Source: Octopus vulgaris
Taxonomy: Eukaryota
NCBI GenBank assembly: GCA_951406725.2
Contig: OX597830.1
Coordinates: forward strand, 34,472,001 to 34,536,000
Length of the DNA: 64,000 bases
Direction: 5' to 3'
Within the stretch, counting starts at the first letter, position 1. Every line of letters begins with the position of its first letter. Positions 53,345-64,000 of the stretch are shown here, in pieces. A program made the position numbers and the translations under genes. The notes under the pieces are model-generated. The model did no database searches, was not told the DNA's origin, and worked only from the letters and a program-made list of their open reading frames with translations.

Positions 53345-55182
53345 GCATACACATATATCTATGTTAGCATATATGTAGGTCATTCTTCAGTTTTATTTCA
53401 AGATTTCTTGTTAATAGAGAAAGAGTTGGTTTCTGAGATCCAAATCCCCTTTATAAGAATTTCAGTAATATCAACAGTGTTTGTGCATGTTTGTGTATAT
53501 GTGTGCAATATTTTGAGTCAGTGCATGTGCAGATTTCTATGTTTTGTGTCATGCATGTGCTCTCATACATATATTTGCTTGATTAGACATGCACATATAT
53601 ACTAAAATGATAACATGCTGGAAAATTATACAGGTTTTTACAGTTCTTATGATGGTTTGAATCTGTAGTCTTTAAATCAGCATGCATACATCTATATGTG
53701 TGTGTGTGTGTGTGTGTAATCTCTCAGTTAATTGGTTGTTTATCTTCATTGAAAGGGGGGAGAATCATCTTGATAGGGGTCAAAATCATTTCTAATTTTT
53801 CATTGCAAAAGGTAGGAACAAAATGCACATAAAGTATTTATTTGATCAAATGTTCTCTTGTTAATTTTTCTTTTAATCTTAAGAGTCCTCAACATTCATA
53901 GACAGCTACTATTTCAGTCTAGTTGGATTTCATCAGTGTAACATGATCGAGAATATAAGATCCATTAAACATTTTATTACATTAAATTAAATTATTCCCT
54001 TTACAGAGGACAAAAAAATTTATTACACTCTGTGGGATTTGAACATGTGTGCTGTAAACTGTAATGCTGAACTAACCACCATGCCAAAATGACACCACAA
54101 CATACATATATCTGTCTTTTTATCTGTCTATCTGTATATATGTATGTGCATATGTATTCCTAAAGATGTATATGTTTATAGTATTCAGTGTATTATGTGA
54201 TGGTATTTTGTATTGCACACAACATATACTTATCATTGTAATTGTATGCTTTGCAGTTGTTGCTAGAATTGCTGTTTTTGTTGTTGTAACCAATAAAAAA
54301 ATGACAAATATAAATATATGTATGTATATATATAAGTATATATGTATGTTTGTATATATAATGTATGTATTTGTGTATGTATATATATATATATATATAT
54401 ATATAATGTATTTGTATTTATATATAGGTATATATATGTATACATATACTTCTCCAAACAAATAGAAAAAGCCAAATTAGGATTTTTCGGTCAGCAAATC
54501 AGTCTTAGAGACAGTATTGATTTTGGTTATAATTAATATATTGGAATTTTTTTCCTACCGATTCCTTCATGCATGTAGAGAGATTGTTATTACTGGCACT
54601 GAGTAAGAAGCTTCAATGTATTTGTGCTTTGTTCCATTTGTACTGATTCTCTAGAAATTGTACATCAGTATACAAGTCTGGTGTACGTTATGACAGAGTG
54701 TGGCATGGTTCAGGGTGCGGTGATATGATAAAGTATATTTTGATAAAATGCTGTAGAGTGCAGTTCAGAACAAGAAGAAAAGCAAAAAAAAATCTATACG
54801 ATAAAATATATACCAGCATTGCTATCATTGCGGCTGTTATCACTGTTGTTTAACCCAAGGTCAAATCTGATTGGTCAGAACTATAATTGAAAATGTTCCA
54901 GCCATGACCACCCAATCTTTTTGTATATTAAAGACTACACTGTCTAATGTGTCCTCTTTTATATAAACCAAGAGGGTGCCCATTGAAAAATCTTTAAGTT
55001 ATAGATAGATATTCTATAGCATTTTGATTACTTGTCTCAAGCCAAGTTTGCTGCTCATCCTTTAATGGTTGATAAAATATAGCATCACTCACGTGCTGGT
55101 ATTGATGGCATCAATTAATACCTTCCACTCACAATTATCTGTCTTGAACCTAAATTATTTGTGGTAAAATTTATTTACGACA

Positions 55183-55850
55183 TAGGTTCAGGAGTGGCTG
55201 TGTGGTAAGAAGTTTGCTTCACAACCACGTGGGGCAAGTGTCTTCTATTATAGCCATGGGCTAACCAAAGCCTTCTGAGTGCATTTGGCTGATGGAAACT
55301 GAAGGATGCCCATTGTGCATATATATATATATCATCATGATCATCATAATCATTTAACGTCCACTTTCCATGCTGCCATGGGTTAGATGGCTTGACTGCA
55401 ACTAGTAAGCCAGAGAACTGCACCAGATTCCAGCCTGATTTGGCACGGTTTCTACAGCTGGATGCCCTTCCTAATGCCAACCATTCCAAGAGTGTAATGG
55501 GTGCCTTTTACATGCCACTCGTGTGAGTGCTTTTATGTGCCACCAGCATGAGTACTTTAACGTGCCACCAGCACAGGTGCTAATTACATGACACCTGCAT
55601 TGGCTAGAACTACGATTTCACTTGGCTTGATGAGTCACGTATGTCTGTGTGTCTGTGTTTGTCCTCCTTCACTGCTTCATAATCATTGTTAGTGAGTTTA
55701 CATCCCTGTAACTTAGTGGTTTGGCAAAAGAGACTGATAGAATATGTGCCAGGCTTAATAAATGAAAAGTAATAGGGTCAATTCATGCAACTAAAACCCT
55801 TGAAGACAGTGCCCCAGTATGGCCACAGTCTAATGAACAAAACAAAATAA
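55183..55850. mobile_element. SINE B (+) interrupted at its microsatellite by a family C element (55345-55632, -)
   Basis: Head 55183-55315 and tail 55640-55850. Confidence 0.75.
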
Positions 55851-55861
55851 AATAATATCCT

Positions 55862-56085
55862 TTAGATACCTGTGATTGCTCCTGTGACACGTGATTAGAC
55901 ACCTGTGATTAGACACATGTGATTAGACACCTGTGATTAGACACCTGTGATCAGACACGTGTGATTAGACACGTGTGATTAGACACCTGTGATCAGACAC
56001 CTGTGATTAGACACCTGTAATTAGATACCTGTGATTGCTCCTGTGACACCTGTGATTAGATACCTGTGATTAGACACCTGTGATT
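55862..56085. repeat. 14 bp minisatellite (gattagacacctgt)n, about 16 units
   Basis: Directly visible, with variant units cacgtg and cacatg. Confidence 0.95.
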
Positions 56086-56691
56086 TTCTTTCTTAAAGTG
56101 ACCGAAAGTGAAATCTTCTATCAAAATGTTATTCTACTTTGTTCTAGACAGCACCTTACTAATGGAAAATTCATAGTAATAACTATTCTTTATTTTCAAA
56201 ATAAATTGAAAAACCAAAAAGGAGAATATTTCAACAGAAATATGGTAACAAAATGACCACAGAGCATACTGTAAAGAGGTTGGAACTAGAAAGGGCATCC
56301 TGCCATAGAAACCATGCACAGCAGACACTGGAGCACAATGTAGTCCTTGAGCTAAATGGATCCTGTCCACATGTCCAATCCATAATAGCATGGAATATGG
56401 ACGTTAAATGATAATAATGACGGTCATAGTTTCATAGATATGTTTTGGTACTGTTGTTACCATCGCAACTTTCTTTTACAGTCATATTATACAGCAAATA
56501 CTGAAAACTGCAAATTGTGGTTTAAGAGCAGTTTGGCTGCTATTTCTTGTAGGTTAAATGGTCGTGAAGTATTACAGAAAGACACACAATATGGAAGGGA
56601 GGAATATATATGTATGTATGCAAGTGTGCATGTGTATACTGACACATGTGCTCACACATACACACACACACTATATGCACACATTCCTGTT

Positions 56692-56925
56692 CTTTTACTC
56701 TTTTATTTGTTTCAGTTATTTGACTGCAGCCATGCTGGAGCACCACCTTTAGTCGAGCAAATCGACACCAGGGCTTATTCTTTGTAAGCCTAGTACTTAT
56801 TCTATCGGTCTCTCTTGTCGAACTGCTAAGTTACAGGGATGTAAACACACCAGCATCAGTTGTCAAGCGATCTTGAGGGGACAAACACAGACACACAAAC
56901 ATATACATACACACACACACACATC

Positions 56926-56967
<42 letters not shown>

Positions 56968-57124
56968 TATACAACAGGCTTCTTTCAGTTTCCGTCTACC
57001 AAGTCCACATATAAGGCTTTGGTCGACCTGAGGCTATAGTAGAAGACACTTGCCCAAGGTAGCACACAGTGGGACTGAACCCAGAACCATGTGTCTGGGA
57101 AGCAAGCTTCTTATCTTACAGCCA
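56692..57124 (-). mobile_element. SINE family B, full length
   Basis: Match to SINE B. Confidence 0.85.
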
Positions 57125-57130
57125 TATGTT

Positions 57131-57162
<32 letters not shown>

Positions 57163-57768
57163 GATATATATATATACATACATACATACAAACATATATA
57201 TATATAGAGATATGAAGAAATAGATTCTACTACAGAACTTATATCTTCATTCATCTGTACATATATATACACACACACAGATATATATATATATACATAC
57301 ATACATACAAACATATATATAGAGAGATAGATAGACAGATAGAAAGATAGATAGATAGATAGAGATGTTAATGTGTATGCATGTGTGTCTCCCAGCTTTT
57401 AGAATAGCTACCATATCTTTGTCATAAGATTTGATGTCAGAAATGTCATCGTGCTTTAAAAATCTGCCTCAGATCGTACCTTCAGACTTAGAAAACCAGG
57501 ATATAAAAGCAATTTTGTTGTTGTTGTTGTTATGTTGTTGATGATAATGAGTCTAAAAGTAATGTAAGTGGGAGTTGTGGTGTCACTACTTATATCTATT
57601 TGTTCAAATCTGGTGATTCCGTCTTTTCCTTGTTACTCTGAGTTCCTCCTACATCGACATGTTCATTCCGATAATAGGAGGTAAACTTATATTAGCAAGA
57701 ATGGCAAACATCAGCTTCAAATGAAGAAATAGATTCTACTACAGAACTTACATCTTCATTCATCTGTA

Positions 57769-57803
<35 letters not shown>

Positions 57804-58639
57804 GCTAACACGAATATACACATATGCATTCGAATGGAAACAAGTGTTAGCGCAGATAGTCATACGTACACACATATGTACAGAAGCACTAGCACAGATA
57901 TAGACACAGTCACACATATAGACAGGGAGACATTGAAACACACATACCAGAACCCATACATGCACTCACCGAAAAATATTCGCACAGACAGTCTTACAGC
58001 CATGCACATGCTCACACGCTTGCAAACACATGCACACTCACACAAACATACACACGCTCATGCACAAACACATACAAACACTTACTCACAAACACTCATA
58101 CACACACACGTACACACATACATATGCTCATGAAACACTGATGTTAGATTCTTCACCGCTTACAGCAATTGAACTTATTAAACTTTACTACAAAGTCTTC
58201 TATGGGCTAATTATTGTCGAGGCAGACATTTACCATTCTCTGCAGATTCCAGATTTTACCAATATGCCTCATAAGTCTATCAGGTTTTCAATTACAGTTG
58301 TTAACTGCTGGCTTACTAATTAGACATCCTGTATATGTAAGAATCTACATGTTCTTTTCTCCCCTTCAGGTGGTCTGGAGTTTAAATCTTAATTTTCCTT
58401 CTGAGCCTCTGGACATAGCATTTTAAATATTCGTGCTTTGGTCTGCCTAGTAGAAGCTTGGTATAAATAGTTTGTTTCATAAATTAATAGGCACTTAGCT
58501 ACTTAATTAGATGTGACCTCTGTTAATGATAGATTAATAAGTAGAAAGACAGTGAGGCAAATTAATTGATAGAAATGTAGATAAATGTATAGGGAACAAC
58601 CATGATAGGAATGTAGCTAGATGGATAGACAGACAGATG

Positions 58640-58722
<83 letters not shown>

Positions 58723-58957
58723 GGATAGTTAGGTTCATGGATAGATAGACAGATATGTGAAGATACTTAAATGTATAAGATATTGGAAAGATAAATTTAT
58801 TGCCACATATATATGCATATATATTTATATATAAATATAGGTGAATATTTCTTTATCTATATTACTGTCCAGCAGTATAAATTGATTAGAGTGCTACCCA
58901 CATATGAGGGAGGTATGATACAATGGGTTAGTTAATAAAAGTTAAATTATATTAAGG

Positions 58958-59530
58958 TGTATGACTCACCAGTTAGAGCGTTGGGCTCACAACTATAGTG
59001 AGTTCGATTCCCAGACTGGGCTGTGTGTTGTGTTCTTGAGCAAGACATTTATTTCACATTGCTTCAGTTCATTCAGCTGTAGAAATGAGTTGTAACATCG
59101 CTGGTGCCAAGTTGTATTGGTTTTTGCCTTTTTCTTGGTTAATATCTATTTCTTTACTGTTCACAAGGGGCTAAACATAGAAGGGACAAACAAGGACAGA
59201 CGAAGGGATCAAGTCGATTACATCGACCCCAGTGCGAAACTGGTACTTTATTTATCGACCCCAAAAGGATGAAAGGCAAAGTCAACCTCAGCGGAATTTG
59301 AACTCAGAATGTAACGACAGACGAATTACCAGTAAGCATTTCGCCCGGCGCGCTAACGGTTCTGCCAGCTCGCCGCCTTTCTTGGTTAATATCGATGGTG
59401 TGGAGACAGGAGGCTGGTATGCATGGGTGACCGCTGGTCTTCCATAAAAACAACCTTGCCTGGACTTGCGCATCAGAGGGTAACTTTCTAGGGGCAATCC
59501 CATGGACATTCCTAACTGAAGGGGGTCTTT
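58958..59530. mobile_element. SINE D (+) with a young SINE A (59147-59378, -) inserted, flanked by a TSD
   Basis: Direct repeat ttcttggttaatatc at 59132-59146 and 59379-59393. Confidence 0.85.
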
Positions 59531-59614
59531 ACACTTTAAATTATGTGTTATTATATTTCCTGATATTGCTCTTGATGACAAGTCTTTATTAATATTGCTG
59601 CCGTAATTGAGGGT

Positions 59615-60049
59615 TGGGGTGAGCTGGCAGATTCGTTTACATGCCACGCAAAATGCTGAACAGCTTTTCGTCCATCTTTACATTCTGATTTCAGATTCCA
59701 TTGTGTTTGACTTCGCCTTTCATCCTTTCAAAGTCGATAAATTACAAACCAGTCGAGCACTGGGGTTAACGTAATCGATGTGTCTCCTCCATCAAAATTG
59801 CTGCCCTTGTGCCAAAATTCTAAACCATTATTACTGCTGTAATTGAGGGCAAAGAGCTGGCAGAATCTTTAACAGAATCTTTAAGGTGGAGAGCTGGCAG
59901 AATTGTTAGTGCAATGGGCGAAATGCTTAGTGGTATTTCATCTGCTGTTATGTTCTGAGTTCAAATTCCACCACGGTCAACTTTGCCTTTATAATAATAA
60001 TAACGTTGCCTTTATGATAATGATAATAATAATAATAATAATAATAACA

Positions 60050-60102
<53 letters not shown>

Positions 60103-60530
60103 AGTGGTGTGCTAGCAAAATCGTTTCCACGCCAGGCAAAATAACTAGCATTTTGTCCATCTTTATGTTCTGAGTTCAAATTCTGCCGAGGTCAACTTTA
60201 CCTTTCATCCTTTCGGGGTCAATAAATTAAGTACCAGTTATGTACTGGGGTCGATGTAATCGACTTAATCCCTTTGTCTGTCCTTGTTTGTCCCCTCTAT
60301 GTTTAGTTCCTTGTGGGTAATAAAGAAATAAGAATCATTAGCATGCCTCGCAAAATGCTTAGCAACATTTTGTCCATCTTTACATTCTGATTTCAGAATC
60401 TGTCGAGGTCAACTTCGCCTTTCATCTTTCCTTAGTTGATAAAATAAGTACCAGCTGCATACTGAGGTCGATGTAATTGGCTTACCCACTCCATCAAACC
60501 TGCTGGCCTTATGCCAAAATTGGAAATGCT
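59615..60530 (+). mobile_element. Cluster of 4-5 same-orientation SINE A copies or fragments
   Basis: Heads at ~59620, 59850, 59885, 60102 and 60332, each ctggcagaa or similar, mostly followed by ttctgagttcaaattc. Confidence 0.75.
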
Positions 60531-60849
60531 TATTATTGTTGTAATTCTTGTGATATACTCATGTGGGTCTGTTTGCTGTAAATTCTTAAGTCAAATAATT
60601 AATTGATTAATGCTATCTGTTAATGAACAACCTATTTGGAAAGCATCTAATGAAACTATTTATTGTAATGGACATTATCTATTGCAGAGCATTTTTCGTG
60701 ACAGATATTCTAGTTAGGACTATATGGTATAATCTGTAGCTCTGTTTTAAGACAAAGGGTGTAAAATTTGAGGGAGATTTGCCTACTCTTTCATGCAGGT
60801 CAAATGATTGCATAAACGACTCTTTCGTTGGGGCACAGATCATCATCAC

Positions 60850-61200
60850 CATCATCATTATCATCATCATCATCATCATCATCATCGTTTAACGTCCGTT
60901 TTCCGTGCTAGCATGGGTTGGACGGTTCGACCGGGGTCTGGGAAGCCAGGAGGCTGCACCAGGCTCCAGTCTGATCTGGCAGTGTTTCTACAGTTGGATG
61001 CCCTACCGAATGCCAACCATGCTGTGAGTGTAGTGGGTGCTTTTTACATGTCACCGGCACAGGTGCCAGGGGAGGCTGGCAGCAGCCATGATCAGTTGGT
61101 GCTTTTTATGTGCCACCGGCACAGAAGCCAGTCAAGGCGGCGCTGGCATCAGCCATGTTCGGATGGTGCTTTTTACATGCCACCGGCACAGGTATCACAA
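60850..61200 (-). mobile_element. Family C element with internal tandem ggtgctttttacatgccaccggcacag subrepeats
   Basis: Match to family C with three subrepeats. Confidence 0.8.
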
Positions 61201-61983
61201 CTACTATTTCCATTGTACTCTAATAATGGTAAAGATGGTGATGACAGCAATGATGATGATGGTGGTGGTGGTGATAATGATGATGATGTTGATGATGATT
61301 TTGAATGTAATGGTGATGATGTTGATGATGATTTTGAATGTAATGGTGATGATGGTGATGATGATGACGAGGGTGATGACAGCCACACGAATGACAACAA
61401 CAGTGGAAATGAAGGAGGCAATGATGATGTAGGCATACAAAAATACCTTCATCATCATCATTATCTTATGACTATTTTTCCATGTTGGCATAGGTCTGAC
61501 GAGACATCTTCCAGCAAATTTCTTATAGGTGGATGACTGTCCTGTAGCCAACCCTTATTTCACTCAATATGAATGAGGATGTTGAAACAACATCCACACA
61601 CAGACACATGTACACACAGACACATGCAATGTAATCTTTCTCTGCCTTATGTATCTTGGGTCTAACGAGTAGCTAGCAGAGTACCCCTCATTGAGTAACT
61701 ACTATTCCTGAGTTTCTGCTAGATAAGAAACATATGTAGCATGGATTTTACCTACTGCACTTCCTAAATTAAAATTTTTTTCACATACACAGCAACCTCT
61801 GCTGCTAACTGTGATACAGGAAAAGTTTACAACCATCTACATCAATAAACCACCATTGTTCCTCAAAAGTTGTTTTCATATCTTCTACAGACTGCTTCAG
61901 TCTTACTAGTTTCCTACACTTAGATCCTTGGATCTTAACTTTATATATAATCATATATATGTATAAATACACACACACACATA

Positions 61984-62160
61984 TCATCATCATTGTTTAA
62001 CAGCTGTTTTCCGTGCTGGCATGGATTGGATTGTTTGACTGAGGTCTGGAGAGCTAGTGGCCGCACCAGGCACCAATCTGATCTGGCGATGTTTCTACAG
62101 CTGGATGCCCTTCCTAATGCCTTTTTACATGCCACCGGTACAAGAGCCAGTCAGGCAGGC
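61984..62160 (-). mobile_element. Family C element, internally deleted
   Basis: Match to family C. Confidence 0.7.
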
Positions 62161-62197
<37 letters not shown>

Positions 62198-62199
<2 letters not shown>

Positions 62200-62327
62200 T
62201 GGAGTAAGCACATAAATGTCAAACAAGGTGGAAAAAAGAATACTCGAATACCAGAGGTAGAGTAATATGCCCTATTTAAAACTCTGAGTAACAGCTTTTG
62301 TTATATTTCTGCTGCTTTTAAATAAAG

Positions 62328-62330
<3 letters not shown>
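62198..62330. mobile_element. Collapsed relative of the 11664-11866 palindromic pLTR element
   Basis: Same outer sequence (ggagtaa.cacataaatgt.aaacaaggtgg..) and same right arm, hairpin centre missing, flanked by (TA)n. Confidence 0.8.
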
Positions 62331-62358
<28 letters not shown>

Positions 62359-62359
62359 A

Positions 62360-62624
62360 CAATGGTATCGAGTATCGACCAGACTATTGGATGTTGTTAT
62401 ACATCACTGGTCACAATGTGCTTCCCATTATTTTAGCCTTCAAATGATGCCACCCTGCTTATTAGACAAGCAAGCCAACATTCTGCCACAGAGTTACCTA
62501 TTCACAGGTGAGTGGACTGGAACAAAATGAAATGAAGTGTCTTGCTCAAGAACACATTGAACCACCTGATCTAGAAATCAAACTCCTGACCTTATGAACT
62601 GGAGTGCAATGCTGTAACCACTAG

Positions 62625-62628
<4 letters not shown>
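62360..62628 (-). mobile_element. SINE family D-related copy
   Basis: gagtggactggaacaaaatgaaatgaagtgtcttgctcaagaacac, shared with 28800-28845. Confidence 0.6.
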
Positions 62629-62681
<53 letters not shown>

Positions 62682-62754
62682 GTATGTATATGTATACACT
62701 TATTTGTGTGTGTGTCTGTTTGTTTATGGATACATGTGTAGATGTGTATGTGTC

Positions 62755-62808
<54 letters not shown>

Positions 62809-63747
62809 TACATACAGATATATATACATAGAAAATCACATACAAACATATGAACCAGCATAAATGCATATACAGACTCGCATACATAGACATGAGCATA
62901 TATACGTCATGCATTACCCTGATATACACCTTAATGTATATACACATACAGTATGCATACAGCCACATACATATCACCAAAGATACAGAGATAAGCTAGA
63001 TATGCATTAGGTGAAGTTTTAGGTAGACCTAATTTCACTAATGGCATTAGAGCATCATTAATATGCTGCTATTAATTGTTAATAGCGTGTCAATATATTT
63101 ACAGTATACATGCATATACACATACATGTACGCATATATAAAGCTACATGTATGTGTGTGTATATATATATATATGTATGTATTATATATGCATATATAT
63201 TTATGTATTATATATATGTATTGTATTTGTATGCGTATGTATATATATACATATATAAATACATATATATACCCTTCGCTATCATCAAGGGAAATCAGTG
63301 TCAGAATATTCATCCGCCATGCTAATGTGCTTGGTAAATTTCTGAAAATTGATGATGATGATGATGATGATAATGATGGTGATAATGATGATGGTGATGA
63401 TAATAATATAAATTGTTTTAATGGCAAAATTAAGAGAGCAAAAGTTATGATTTTGCTAAAGCTTAGTGTTCAACGTATTGGAAAACTAGTATTTCTCTGG
63501 TTAAGGCAGTGTATAGATACATTTATTTAATTTTTTCATTATTTGTCTCTTTTCTCTATTTTTTTTTCAATTAATTAATTTTTTAATTTATTAATTTTTA
63601 TCTATTATTGATTTTAAAATAATTTTCAGATTTTCAGAAATTATTGTGTATGTTTTAATTTTTATACTTATAATTTTATAATTATCTCCATAATTAATGT
63701 AATATATGTGTGTGTGTGTGGGGGGGGGGGGTATTTATATATACACA

Positions 63748-63910
63748 AGTGCAGGAATGGCTGTGTGATAGGTAGCTTGCTTACTAACCACATGGTTCCG
63801 GGTTCAGTCCCACTGTGTGGTACATTGGGTAAGTGTCTTCTACTATAGCCTTGGGCTGACCAAAGCCTTGTGAGTGGATTTGGTAGATAGAAACAGAAAG
63901 AAGACCATCG

Positions 63911-63943
<33 letters not shown>

Positions 63944-64000
63944 ATGTGTGTATATATTTTTGTGTCTGTGTTCCCCCGACAACATCACGTTTGAGAACTG
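63748..64000 (+). mobile_element. SINE family B running off the window end
   Basis: Match to the SINE B head and internal microsatellite. Confidence 0.85.

Noticed and set aside
55862-56085. CRISPR-like array
   Set aside because: 14 bp units are contiguous with no unique spacers, there are no cas genes and the context is eukaryotic.
60808-61536. 242 aa His/Asp-rich ORF
   Set aside because: Composed of (CAT)n, an antisense family C element and (GAT)n.

Overview
AT-rich, microsatellite-saturated eukaryotic (animal) DNA, intergenic or deep-intronic. The repeat landscape most resembles an Octopus/cephalopod genome (inference, not a database result). No intact host protein-coding gene can be supported, and nearly all listed ORFs are translations of (TA)n, (CA)n, (CAT)n or (AAT)n tracts or of SINEs. 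The content I can support is: (i) dozens of copies of about four SINE-like families, often nested or inverted; (ii) Penelope-like retroelements (PLEs): a nearly intact Naiad-type RT + GIY-YIG element (about 11950-14210, minus strand) and three Neptune-type GIY-YIG 3' fragments; (iii) RTE-clade LINE fragments, one BovB-like; (iv) an internally deleted DD37D (maT-type) Tc1/mariner element with TIRs; (v) a CpG-decayed 5S rRNA pseudogene. The most interesting signal is a recurrent architecture of short 130-350 bp asymmetric palindromes embedded in (TA)n. Each is folded back just 5' of, or within, a minimal hammerhead ribozyme motif, usually giving two divergent hammerheads, one per strand. At least four unrelated sequence families show this, with non-canonical cores (G3-C8, U3-A8, C4). 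All ribozyme folds were read by eye and have not been computed.
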